A stretch of DNA of 62,197 nucleotides, filler included, from Octopus bimaculoides (Eukaryota), in assembly GCF_001194135.2 (NCBI RefSeq). It is 8 parts of 8 records of this genome, joined end to end, with 100 filler letters (N's around TTAATTAATTAA, not from the genome) between each part and the next. Parts side by side here need not be neighbours in the genome. Positions count along the whole stretch, not along the records: positions 6,358 to 22,221 come from NC_068982.1; positions 22,322 to 31,227 come from NC_068989.1; 6 more parts are not named here. One strand, written 5' to 3'. The first letter of the stretch is position 1. Every line of letters starts with the position of its first letter. The notes beneath the pieces are model-generated. The model was not told the DNA's origin. It ran no database searches and saw nothing but the letters and a program-made list of their open reading frames with translations. The translations under genes were made by a program, and so were the position numbers. Of the stretch, positions 9,637-22,352 are shown one piece after another.

Positions 9637-10680
9637 NNNNNNNNNNNNNNNNNNNNNNNNNNNNNNNNNNNNNNNNNNNNNNNNNNNNNNNNNNNNNNNN
9701 NNNNNNNNNNNNNNNNNNNNNNNNNNNNNNNNNNNNNNNNNNNNNNNNNNNNNNNNNNNNNNNNNNNNNNNNNNNNNNNNNNNNNNNNNNNNNNNNNNNN
9801 NNNNNNNNNNNNNNNNNNNNNNNNNNNNNNNNNNNNNNNNNNNNNNNNNNNNNNNNNNNNNNNNNNNNNNNNNNNNNNNNNNNNNNNNNNNNNNNNNNNN
9901 NNNNNNNNNNNNNNNNNNNNNNNNNNNNNNNNNNNNNNNNNNNNNNNNNNNNNNNNNNNNNNNNNNNNNNNNNNNNNNNNNNNNNNNNNNNNNNNNNNNN
10001 NNNNNNNNNNNNNNNNNNNNNNNNNNNNNNNNNNNNNNNNNNNNNNNNNNNNNNNNNNNNNNNNNNNNNNNNNNNNNNNNNNNNNNNNNNNNNNNNNNNN
10101 NNNNNNNNNNNNNNNNNNNNNNNNNNNNNNNNNNNNNNNNNNNNNNNNNNNNNNNNNNNNNNNNNNNNNNNNNNNNNNNNNNNNNNNNNNNNNNNNNNNN
10201 NNNNNNNNNNNNNNNNNNNNNNNNNNNNNNNNNNNNNNNNNNNNNNNNNNNNNNNNNNNNNNNNNNNNNNNNNNNNNNNNNNNNNNNNNNNNNNNNNNNN
10301 NNNNNNNNNNNNNNNNNNNNNNNNNNNNNNNNNNNNNNNNNNNNNNNNNNNNNNNNNNNNNNNNNNNNNNNNNNNNNNNNNNNNNNNNNNNNNNNNNNNN
10401 NNNNNNNNNNNNNNNNNNNNNNNNNNNNNNNNNNNNNNNNNNNNNNNNNNNNNNNNNNNNNNNNNNNNNNNNNNNNNNNNNNNNNNNNNNNNNNNNNNNN
10501 NNNNNNNNNNNNNNNNNNNNNNNNNNNNNNNNNNNNNNNNNNNNNNNNNNNNNNNNNNNNNNNNNNNNNNNNNNNNNNNNNNNNNNNNATATATATATAT
10601 ATATAATAACATAAATAAAATATAATTATATGCATATATCCATACATATATGTACATACCGACATCTATATGTATACATA

Positions 10681-10864
10681 CATGCATATATGGGTACAGG
10701 ACATCACAAGAAACGATAAACACAATGAGAAACGAAAACATAAAGACGAAGACAGAAAACGAACATTTTTTTCGAACAACGAAAAACAGAGAAACGAGAC
10801 ATGCAACATAAAGAGTATTACCCTTCTTCAGGTGTCCCTGCTTCATCTACTCCGCGTTTCGAAC
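10681..10864 (-). mobile_element. Dispersed repeat, probable PLE pseudo-LTR tail
   Basis: Reverse-complement homologue of 32822-33012. Begins gttcGAAAcgcgGAgtaga and ends at a TA-rich microsatellite. Confidence 0.65.
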
Positions 10865-10904
10865 ACGCACAGGCACACACACACAGACACACACACAGAC
10901 ACAC

Positions 10905-10966
<62 letters not shown>

Positions 10967-10967
10967 A

Positions 10968-11130
10968 TTATTACCTCCGCCTTAGCGAAGGCGGAGGTAC
11001 TGTTTTCAGTGGTGCTTGTTTGTTTATTTGTTTGTTTGTCCGCGGACAAGATAACTCAAGAACTGTTGAATAGATTCTGATGAAACTTACAGGAATGTTT
11101 GTCTTCGTGACTGCCACGATTTATTGAATT
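10968..11130 (+). mobile_element. Helentron-associated (HINE/DINE-1-like) non-autonomous element fragment
   Basis: Perfect 10-bp hairpin tacctccgcc(10972-10981)/ggcggaggta(10990-10999), then a (GTTT)n tract and a conserved-looking core gataactcaa...ctgatgaaact. Family assignment is from recalled architecture. Confidence 0.55.
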
Positions 11131-11189
11131 CCTTTTTTTTTTTTTTTTTTTTTTTTTTTTCTTAACTTAATTTTTAAGAGCTGTAGGTT

Positions 11190-11296
11190 TTAGTTGGTCC
11201 GAAGCTATAGTAGAAAACATTTGTCGAAGGTTCCACACGGTGGCACTGAATCCGCAATCGTGTGGTTAGGAAGCAAACTACTTACCACACAGCCAC
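11190..11296 (-). mobile_element. SINE type A head fragment
   Basis: ctatagtagaaaacatttg...gtgtggttaggaagcaaactacttaccacacagccac is the reverse complement of the type A head. Confidence 0.75.
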
Positions 11297-12671
11297 AAAC
11301 AGACATACACACAGATAGTTGAATGAATCCCCGACGGTTTCGACGATGATCGATCACTTCTTCGAAAATCTGAATTATTTGCTCATTGAATTGGGGTGTA
11401 AATGAATGTGGATTTCATAATGCCAAAGACTATGCGAATAAATGGAAGTGACACTGCATCTGAACGGTCCATAACACTGTTGCTGGATCGTTTATCTTAC
11501 GGTAAGACTCTTCCCGCCTGCTGAGAGGATTTTAATTGCTATCACATATATTTACAGCTATTTCTATTGGGAGAAATAAGGGTTGTAAAAAAATATATGC
11601 TTATGATTTTTCTAGCATTGTTTGTACCGCAGGCTGGAGACGTGAGCGGTTTAGTAATATCGTCTATGATCTTTAGAAGATGAAGTTCATTATTATTTGC
11701 TTGGAAGTTATTTCCCAAAGATACTTTACGTTAATACGCAGCAAACACAGTAGATAAATACAAACCCAAACACTATGACAAAAGTTGGTATGAAAGAAAA
11801 TAAATGAAAGCAAAATTAAAGAATAAATGTTGAGAAACGATGTTGATGGTACATATATACTAAGCTTTCGGAAAGTGATGAACGACAGCTGGTGCCCAGG
11901 TGCCAAATACAGTTTTTACTACATAAATAACAAAACCTTGTCAGTAACAAAGTTTCAAATAGTTGAAATGATATTGTGTCAGTGATTTGTTGATATTTTC
12001 GTGACAGAAATTTTGACATTTCAAGAAATATATGAAAGTGAATTTAAATACTTTTTGTTTGTTTGTTCTCAGGGTAGAATGTCTCTTCGAAGATGTAATA
12101 ATTTCCATTTCAATACATAGTTGCATTTGAAGTGGCTTGGCCGACAAGTACAGTTAATATTAGTCATTTACAGTTTACTTGTTACAGTCATGATACCGAG
12201 GCCATGCTGGGGCACCCCTTTGAATGCTTTATTCGATCAAATTTACCTCACTATTTAGTTTTTAAAGCCTATCCCCATGCCATTTTAGCCATTTTTTACG
12301 AACCGCTATGTCATGGGTTGTCAGGTGGTGAGACAGAAATACAAATCCTCAGATACACATATACACATGCACATATATATACGACGGATTTTCGTATAGT
12401 TTCCATTAACGAAATTCACTTCAAAGACATTGTTATAATACACATTTGGGTAACTTCGGAAGAGAGATCGAACTGTTATAAGTCACAACAGAATTCAAGA
12501 TAATTTCATATATCTGTGCAAAATCAATGATTATTTGTATTTACATCTGTTTACTTGCTACAGTGGAACAATATAAAATTTAAGTTAACTTAAAATATTT
12601 TATATCAGATTTCTTAAAAATACACGCTGATTAGGCATAAAATATCTCTTAATATATCTATAATTATAGAG

Positions 12672-12866
12672 AAACGAGCTGGCAGAATCGTTAGCATGCT
12701 GGCAAAATGGCATTTCGTCCGTCTTGACGTTTTGAGTTCAAAATTCCACCGTGGTCGACTTTTCCTTTCATCCTGTTAAGATGGATTAAATAAGTACCAG
12801 TTGACTACTGGGTTCGTTGTAATCGACCGATATATTGCTGGACTTGCACCATAATTTGAAGCCAAC
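12672..12866 (+). mobile_element. SINE type B
   Basis: gagctggcagaatcgttagcatgc...gagttcaaattccaccgtggtcgac...aagtaccag. Confidence 0.8.
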
Positions 12867-12909
12867 ATATCTATAACTCTCTCTCTCTCTCTGCTTTTCT
12901 CATTACCTG

Positions 12910-12973
<64 letters not shown>

Positions 12974-12974
12974 G

Positions 12975-13150
12975 GGAGAATATACAAATAATAACAACAG
13001 ACGAGGACAGGTGGTGTAAATAACAAAAGTATATATTAGTATGACGCTCGGGAATACGGAAAGTCTTTGACGTTTCGAGCTACGCTCTTCAACAGAAAGA
13101 ATACGGAGACAAGGAGAAAAACACGGAGAAAAAAAATTGAATAGTGTTCA
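12975..13150 (-). mobile_element. PLE pseudo-LTR fragment (second family)
   Basis: Carries the hammerhead at 13064-13100, followed on the minus strand by a U-rich tail of about 90 nt that ends at (TA)n. No ORF. Confidence 0.65.
13064..13100 (-). ncRNA. Minimal type I hammerhead ribozyme, A6U core variant
   Basis: Minus strand UCUUU-CUGUUGA-A-GAGC(GUA)GCUC-GAAA-C-GUC-AAAGA. Perfect 5-bp stem I, 4-bp stem II, palindromic ACGU stem III and GUC triplet. The core reads CUGUUGA rather than CUGANGA. Confidence 0.7.
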
Positions 13151-14795
13151 GTCAACGGTCAATCATAATAATATATATATATATATATATATACACGGAC
13201 ACACATATATATAGGGAAAGTGAGAGGGAAAGTAAGGAGAAAGTGACTGCAAAAACATATCAGAGTTGTACTGAAGAAACAAACTGATTTTACCCCATTA
13301 CCTCTAAATAAACATAATACAATTTATTTCAACAAGAAATGTGCAGTCTTGCTATTGTGTATCACCAAACTTAGTTTTACAACTCTTAACATATCTTTAT
13401 GAAACTTTGATATTCCTCTTACTTTTTCAATAGACATGCATGTAACAAAACCAGCGTACTGACGGCTTGGTTCTTATTATCATTAGTTTAGTTCATGTGC
13501 ATATCCTTCTGTATTTCGTTCTTCAAAATGAAGCAGATTATATACATTGCATGCGTAACATGATTATATCTAGTCACGCAATGTTTTCTAGAAGATATTA
13601 TATGTTATGTATCACAATATGTAACATTAAGTAGTGCTCTAACACTTTTCTATAACTTTTCGTAACCTGTAGACATAAGGAAAACTTTACGCGTTATGCT
13701 ATAATCTTCTAAGCATTAGAAATTCTTCTTGTTGATTTAATTTTTCTTTAAAATAGATAATGATGCAGAAGACTAGTTTTCACGATCTAATCTTTAACTA
13801 ATGCAGTCATTGGACATATTCAGCACATGATCATGCAACTCCGTTACGTCCCTACACATAAACAACACTGTAGTAAAATTTGCAATCTCTTTAAAAAGTG
13901 GAAGCTTTATAACACTTCACAATATTTCTAGGCGAAAGAACATTTATAGTTTTTTTCCATATCTGCAGTGGTTTATTAAAAGCTTGATTTCTTCAGTGAC
14001 AAAAAACACTTTATCCCAAGTCGTTTACAGATTCTCAAAGAAAGCTCAAATGTAATTCTCGTTAGTGAAATATTCACGCATTTCGAACTGCATAGGTGCA
14101 GTATCACCAAACACTACATGGCATAAGATCGATCGTCAAATATTCACCATACACACCTCACGTACTTTTGTTCACAATGATAAATGAAAAAAAATAATAG
14201 TTAAAACAATTGATAACCAGGACCTGGCTTAAACGAAATGGCTAAGCTGCATGTGTGGTAACACATGAATCAGCGACATTATTAAATGAAAATAATTGTT
14301 TTATGCATATGTAGCGGACAGTAAAAAATCTAAAATAAACATAATGTAAATAACCCATAGAAACTAAGTACATGTGAGAAACATTTTGTCATTCATAGCA
14401 TAGGCAGAAAAACAGCAATTGCTGGAAGATTCCCATCATGGTTTGAAGCTTAGGGCTACTAATTCGCGAAAAAGTTTTCTACCAACCATGAAACGTGTTA
14501 CCTAGATCCTGGTTTGCATTTGTTTATAAAGAGGTTATTGTCAAATTCTCTTTCTGCGTAATGAATGAAATGTAAGTAACCCCTGAATAAACAACCCCAA
14601 CACCATACAGTCATCGGGTCTTCAACAAGATATTTTCTCTCTGTTACTCTCTCTTACTTTTCTCTCTCTCTCTCTTTCTCTTTACTCTTCGTTCTCTGCC
14701 TGTCTGTCTCTCGCTTTTCCTATATTTCTTTCTATTGCCACTTTACAATTATAACCTCACAGAATATATCGACATACCTATTACACATGAACCTA

Positions 14796-15013
14796 GAAAC
14801 GTTAGCACACCGGGCGAAATGCTTAGCCGTATTTCGTCTGCCGCTACGTTCTGAGTTCAAATTCCGCCGAGGTCGACTTTGCCTTTCATCCTTTCGGGGT
14901 CGATTAAATAAGTACCAGTTACGCACTGGGGTCGATATAATCGACTTAATCCGTGTTTGTCTGTCCTTGTTTGTCCCCTCTGTGTGTAGCCCCTTGTGGG
15001 TAGTAAAGAAATA
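14796..15013 (+). mobile_element. 5'-truncated SINE type B (alternative tail) with 13-bp target-site duplication
   Basis: TSD acacatgaaccta at 14783-14795 and 15014-15026. Tail gtttgtcccctctgtgtgtagccccttgtgggtagtaaagaaat is shared with 59699-59900. Confidence 0.9.
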
Positions 15014-15915
15014 ACACATGAACCTAAATATTCCTTTTCCCTGATTTTTATGCACTATTTTATATCTTTGTAGTGCTCCAACTTTTCTGAATACTTCTAT
15101 ATTCGCAACACTTTACAAAAATTTATAAAAGTCATATACACCACATATAATCAGCGCAAACATACAATAGCTATCATTTAAACAATACATTAAACACGTC
15201 ATGAACTTTACTTCTGTTACCTGGTATATCAGTATTTACTCAATGATGCACAACAAACTTATAAATACATATTTTTCCTTTGCATTCTACATGCTTCCCA
15301 CAAGTTATATGCACAGAAAGTTGCTCAAAACTAATGAAGATGCTGAAAATAAGGCTTTACTTTGATATATGACGACACAGATTGATGCAGTAGGAAAATT
15401 AACTCCTCAAAATTTCTCATGTTAAACACATTGGAAATATGCATCGAAAGACTCTCAGCGAGTTTAATCAGTCTGCTAGAAATTGCTACCAAATGTTCCT
15501 CAAATCATGTGGAACAGACTTCAAAAAGAAGAACATTCTGAACAATGTCGTCTTAGGGATACAAAATGATGGGATAATCACTGCTGGAAGGCATGACCTT
15601 GAAGATCAGGGCTGCCATGGGGCTAAACAACATGACCAACACAACAAAATACATCTTCAACACACCGGAACACAACCTCTACCATACTATCCTAAGAACA
15701 TTGAGATTCTCTCTGTCTTTCTTTCTCTCACTCTTTGTTTCTCTGTCTGTCTGTCTCTGATTTTCTCTCATTGTCTTTCACTTCAGCTCCCTTTCCTCGT
15801 CGATGGAAAGGGCAACCTCATACAAATCAATAGGAAATATTTATTAATAAATTTTTTGTACTTCAAGGTGAACACTCAATTGCAAATCTCCTATTTGTTT
15901 TGTAGCCACTACAAC

Positions 15916-16036
<121 letters not shown>

Positions 16037-17113
16037 TTAAACTATCTATCTTCAAAGGTTGCGACGCGACGTTCAATGTCCAGTGACAAATTCTCCTTCA
16101 GCCTGTTCATGACAAACACAAGACGATCAATGAAAGAGCTTCTCGTACTCACTCAGTCTACTTGAAATAGTAACTGGATCACCACAAAACCCAACCCCAT
16201 GTCTATTGAGCAGAACAAATAATCGAACCAGTGATATTCTTTCCTCATTATGGGTAACTTCAATTAATTAATACATTTGGTTCTCTAAATTTAATATGTT
16301 AGCATTGACGTAACTAGCAATAATCGAAACCGATTGCGGCCCAACTAATAATTCAGAGGAAAATTAATTTAAATTCTCAATACATTCTTTTACTTCTAAG
16401 ATTTTAATAAATTTAAGAGAATTGATCGATCGCCTTTTCCGGTGTGTTATATTTAATGTTGCGTTTAAAATTCGTGCTTTAAACGTAACTTTTTTTTACT
16501 TCCCCTGAAACAGCCTTACAACAGTTCTAAATTACAAATACATGATTGAAATACTTTTATAGCACGATAATATAAAACTAAAAACAAAAATGCGATCTAT
16601 TAGACTTATTGATTTATAATAAAGATTTTGTGGATTCATTTGGTAAGAGATATAGTCAACAGAGTCGGCCTCAGCTCATACAACCTAAATAGTTTACGAG
16701 AGAAACAAAAATAAAAATAAAGCTCCGAGAGGATATGATCTAAACACCTGAAGACATTAAGGGCATTAATTAATTGAAGCCATCCGTTTAACAGTATTTG
16801 CCACACAACTACCCATAATGCAAAGCGTAGTGTCAAAGTTTATAATATCGATTTATTAACTGTGGCCGCAGGATCGATTATTGACAGATGACTTTGAAGG
16901 CAAAGTAGCCCGTGGTGAACCTGAATTCTCGAAATTATTTAATTTAAATAACACCGCTTCAAATTTCCCCAAATGGAAGTATCTCTATGTGCGTGTGTGT
17001 GTGTGTGTGTCTGTGTATGTGCGCGCGCGCGCGTAATTAATATAAACAGCAGGTTGCAATGTTTCTACAAAAAAGAGAATTATAATTGTCACTAAATGTG
17101 ACTAGGGTGTTAT

Positions 17114-17418
17114 GAAACAACTACATTGCTAGAAATACCAGCTTAAATGCTCTAATGATCTAGTTAATACACATGACTGAAAACATATACAATAACGGGG
17201 ACCTGAATCGTCCGAAAAATGCCGATCGAGATTTCTTAATAAAAGAAAACCGAAATCGATCGGGCTTAACTGATGAGGCAACAGTATTACGAATTCTCGA
17301 TCGGTATTTTTTCGGAAGATTCAGGTCCCTGTTAGTGTATATATGCTTATTCATGTGCGTTAACTACATTAGAGCATTAGAGGATTTTAGCTCGTATTTC
17401 AAGCAATGTAGGTGTTTC
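17114..17418. repeat. Foldback element (arms about 125 bp) with degenerate hammerhead remnant at 17270-17302
   Basis: ctacattgct...ccgatcgagatttcttaata pairs with tattacgaattctcgatcgg...agcaatgtag. The loop and start of the right arm read CTGATGA-G-GCAACAGTATTAC-GAAT-TCTCGA-TC. Confidence 0.85.
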
Positions 17419-17559
17419 GAACGGTAGTGGTCTATTGGCGCAGATGGTTGTGATTTTTTCCAATATCGAAGTACGTTCAGTTGAAAAAGTTAATTTTATA
17501 GTTTACAGCTATCATCAAGTGTTGTTATTTGAATAAACATTAAACATTTAGGGAATCGT

Positions 17560-17859
17560 GTAGTAAAAATTCAGCTAACATATGATTCATAGCAACAGGA
17601 ACCTCGTAAGTAGTGAATTATCCAAACGAGGAGTAGACTGCAAGCTACTCTTCAGGTCAAGGATACCATGATGATATGAAGTTTGCATTGTTTTTGGGAG
17701 ATCTCGTGTTAACGCGTTGGCGACTCGATCGAAATCCCCGAGTTAACACGGGATCTCTCAAAGAGAATGTAATCAAGGTATCCTTCACCTCGTTTGGATA
17801 ATTCACTACTTTCGCGGTTTCGCTGCTATAAAATATATGTTGCCTGAATTCTCCACTAC
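17560..17859. repeat. Foldback/MITE-like element
   Basis: Perfect 22-bp inverted pair 17610-17631 / 17788-17809, plus further inverted blocks (aaggatacc/ggtatcctt; gagatctcgtgttaac/gttaacacgggatctc) and degenerate outer arms. Confidence 0.85.
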
Positions 17860-18917
17860 TCCACTACTCCACTCTCTAAGTTTTGAATATATATATATAT
17901 ATATATATATGCAAATATTCTATAATTATAAGCGTAATAGGCAATACGTAAGTAAATATAACTTTACTTTAATCCCGAAACGCGTATGTAGCTAATTTAA
18001 GTCTTGTGGATTCGTTATTTTTTCTCTTTGCCTACATAAAAAAAGTGTTACTGTCTGGGAGATATTTATGGTAGCGGAAAAAGTATTTTAATTGCTATTT
18101 CTAAATTTGGTGCGTGGCGAAGCATTTAGCTGACCCCTGATTATAATTATGGTTATAATTATAGAATATTTGTATAATGTTACTCAAAAAGTTTATTTTA
18201 ACGTACTGAACTACTTGGTAAAATTATTAATTATTAATTAATTGATTAATTAATCAATTAATTTTAGATTTTTATCATATATATATATATATATANNNNN
18301 NNNNNNNNNNNNNNNNNNNNNNNNNNNNNNNNNNNNNNNNNNNNNNNNNNNNNNNNNNNNNNNNNNNNNNNNNNNNNNNNNNNNNNNNNNNNNNNNNNNN
18401 NNNNNNNNNNNNNNNNNNNNNNNNNNNNNNNNNNNNNNNNNNNNNNNNNNNNNNNNNNNNNNNNNNNNNNNNNNNNNNNNNNNNNNNNNNNNNNNNNNNN
18501 NNNNNNNNNNNNNNNNNNNNNNNNNNNNNNNNNNNNNNNNNNNNNNNNNNNNNNNNNNNNNNNNNNNNNNNNNNNNNNNNNNNNNNNNNNNNNNNNNNNN
18601 NNNNNNNNNNNNNNNNNNNNNNNNNNNNNNNNNNNNNNNNNNNNNNNNNNNNNNNNNNNNNNNNNNNNNNNNNNNNNNNNNNNNNNNNNNNNNNNNNNNN
18701 NNNNNNNNNNNNNNNNNNNNNNNNNNNNNNNNNNNNNNNNNNNNNNNNNNNNNNNNNNNNNNNNNNNNNNNNNNNNNNNNNNNNNNNNNNNNNNNNNNNN
18801 NNNNNNNNNNNNNNNNNNNNNNNNNNNNNNNNNNNNNNNNNNNNNNNNNNNNNNNNNNNNNNNNNNNNNNNNNNNNNNNNNNNNNNNNNNNNNNNNNNNN
18901 NNNNNNNNNNNNNNNNN

Positions 18918-19000
<83 letters not shown>

Positions 19001-19468
19001 ATACATATACATATACATATATTGTTGATGTTATAAAAGTTTATAAACTTCAACGGAATATTAAATAATTCTTTAAGAATGAAGTATCTCGAAGCAAATA
19101 AAGTTGTAAATATTTGCGTGTAAATATTCGCTAGTCACATTAGCCACAATGAGGTGATGGTGGAAAATATTACGTGCCCAATTTGCAGCACAACGTGTTC
19201 GAATGTAGAACTGCGTGTTGCACGGCAAACTTCTTTATTTCGTAGCTGCTCTTTCGTACATTTCTCATGAGTATTAGAAGATGAAATGGAAAGATTTACT
19301 TTTAACTTAGGATTGGTTCTGATTTATTGCTTCACTTCCCAGATGTTTAAATTGCAATCTAAGGCATTTACTATAAGCACTTTTGTAACTACTTTTCGTA
19401 GTATTTTCTCCCTTGTTGTGGTCAAAAGTTAGTTGTTTTAACCGACTGACACTAAATTCGCTCTTTGC

Positions 19469-19517
<49 letters not shown>

Positions 19518-21594
19518 TAACTCAGCCACAACTATTAACATGGAGATTTTTCTTTTCTTCAAAAGAGTAAACATATACATTACTCTGCCAAGTAGACAGA
19601 CATCACTTGTTATCGACTGTGTATACGTTAACATTTTAAAGAACTTTATAAGCATTTAATGCTGCATTTCTAAAAAATAAAAATTACCTTCTGGCAGACA
19701 TCTCGATTCTTTCTTTGCGTCAGAGTTAGTTGTTCTAATTGTTTTTCCGAAGAATACTTTTCAAAGCCTCGCATGAAATATATTTTCTCGACACATTCTT
19801 TAGCAGATTTACATTTTAGCATTTACTTTTACACAACTATTTATGCCTAAACATATTAAGACTTATTCTTGAGAACTTTCAAATGCTGGGATGAACGAAA
19901 CAGCTAAAATTATTGTTAGACTGGATTTGTAAATAAAAGGTCTTGACAAGTAAGATTGTTCAAGCTGAGTGCTCTGCAGACATAAAAATCTCGTTATTTG
20001 TCTACTCCGGGATATTTAGCATTAATGTGTTACCTGTTACAGCTGACTTCAACTGCAATTTATGGCTCATGGTATCCTTCTTTCTGCCTTGTATCTGTAT
20101 GTATTTACTATGTAACCATCTGTCCACATATTTATTTCCATTATTGGTGACTTCTACCACTCAAATTACATAGTTTCAATATACATGATAACGCAGTGAA
20201 AATTACCCAAAGCGATGATGTACATTTGCAAAGTAGACAAAATACATGGGAGATGTACGGATATAGAACTAAATATATGTAAACTGATTTCAGGGCTAGA
20301 AAACATAAATTGACTTTTAACTGCTTTGAAAATCCTGTGTGTAATTATACTCGATTTCTAAAACCTTGAAAATTTACGTATTGCGTCCAATCAAGCGAAA
20401 AGCATGCTATCATACGTCAAGACATAAATTATACAGTATTAATGAAGTTAGTGTTAAAATGTTTTACAGGAGGAATTAAAAGCTAACAACAAATTGAGAT
20501 ATTTATTTTCAATAAAGTCATAAAAATACTGCTTTCTAAATGTTAGAATTGAATTCAACATTCACTATGTTAAATTTTTGTAAATATACTGAAACTATAT
20601 TGAACACTCCCGAGGCTGAAAATATATCATTCCTTACTTTCTTGATTAACTGGTTCAAAATAATGTGTTACACTGCACTAAATACTTTTTCTGATAGTAC
20701 CTATAATAAGTGAGCATTGGGCTCTGTAGACAATTGGGAACCCATGCGTTGTTTCTGATTAATTTCATCAACTAAGAGATGATATATTTCCTTTAACGTC
20801 TCTAGATGCCCTAGAACCTGTTCTCGGGAGTTAGATGAGCAGGCTCTCGGTATCATAAAGTGTTTTACATCAGAATTCAAGGATCTCCACGAAAGATATG
20901 ATTTAGATTTAAGCTGAAGATTTTACACATTGCTTGGTAGCTTAATACTATATCCACTCAACACGTACACAAATACATTTTGAACGATTTTATTTTAAGA
21001 AGCTTCTCATGTTTTAGAAATTTATCTAAAATTATTCATTTATTAGATGGATACAATTTATAGACCTACATTTTATATACATTTAACCGTATTATTATTA
21101 TTATTTAATCGTATCATTATCTATTAATTTGTACGTTACATATTCATCCATCTTAACTACTTCACCTCAAATCAACTGTTAAATATTTTCTATCATCATT
21201 ATCATCTAAACTAACGAAATAACCCAAGCTCAATATTATATTATCCAACATGAAGTCACTGGAAAATATTTCACTTGTATGTAGACCACTAACAATCTAA
21301 TCTGAAATTCTTGATTTTTAAAATATATCATGATAGCTTCTTGTAGCAGAAACAAAAAGTTATTTTTTCCCTCGAGCCGTCTGGTAATCACTGCCTCATT
21401 AGCATATAACAAAGTTATCAACTAATTTCATGTTGTATAGGTAAGAATATATATTTTGGATATATACATTTCTAATGCTCTATTTCATGCACACACTCAC
21501 GCATACATATGAGTGTGTATATGTGTCTGTATATATTTTTCTTTGTCTGTCTCTCACTCCTTCTCTCCCTCTGTCTTTGTATGTATATGTACAC

Positions 21595-21668
<74 letters not shown>

Positions 21669-22189
21669 TAGGATGAGCGAATAGAAAGGTGATTAATAAA
21701 TTATAATTCATTAATTAAAAAATTGACAAACATCCCTTACAGCTGTTTCAATTCAGGCTCTCAGAAAATTAATTAATTCAATGAAAAATTATTTGAAAGC
21801 CGAACCACTTTAGAGGTAGATAAAGGTATATAAAGTAGGTGTTCAATTTCCTTATACTGAGTAAACGGCTGCAAACCGTAACTACATAAACCACGGTTTA
21901 TATAGTTACCTTGCAGTGGAGTATTAAATATAAAGTTCAATACTCTTTGTATAGGTAATTAACCAGTACTTTCATAGGATTTTGCTATACTTCAGTGAGG
22001 TGAGTTTTGTAACGTTTAACCGTGGTTATATATATGTTTATATATAATTATGTGTATTTCTTCTATCTTAATGAATAAAAAAATATAAGTAAACATTTAG
22101 ATGTTTATGTATGTGTAAATATAAATGTGTGTATATGATTGTGTATACAAGTTTATGTGAGTGTGCGTGTCCACATGTGTATGTATGTG

Positions 22190-22221
<32 letters not shown>

Positions 22222-22321
22222 NNNNNNNNNNNNNNNNNNNNNNNNNNNNNNNNNNNNNNNNNNNNTTAATTAATTAANNNNNNNNNNNNNNNNNNNNNNN
22301 NNNNNNNNNNNNNNNNNNNNN

Positions 22322-22352
<31 letters not shown>

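Noticed and set aside
9391-10846. Long ORFs spanning N gaps and dinucleotide repeats (also near 26-27 kb, 31-32 kb, 41-42 kb, 53-54 kb)
   Set aside because: They consist of X runs and HT/VC/YI repeats translated from gaps and microsatellites.
15439-15720. 215-aa plus-strand ORF and a signal-peptide-like minus-strand start (MYFVVLVMLF...)
   Set aside because: More than half of the ORF is CT/GA repeat, no domain is recognisable, and the minus-strand frame stops after 33 codons.
17249-17282. Circularly permuted (type II) hammerhead CC-GAAA-TCGA-TC-GGGCTTAA-CTGATGA-GG at the hairpin apex
   Set aside because: Stem I cannot form (GGGC versus TTAA). A decayed type I remnant at 17270-17302 is the simpler reading.
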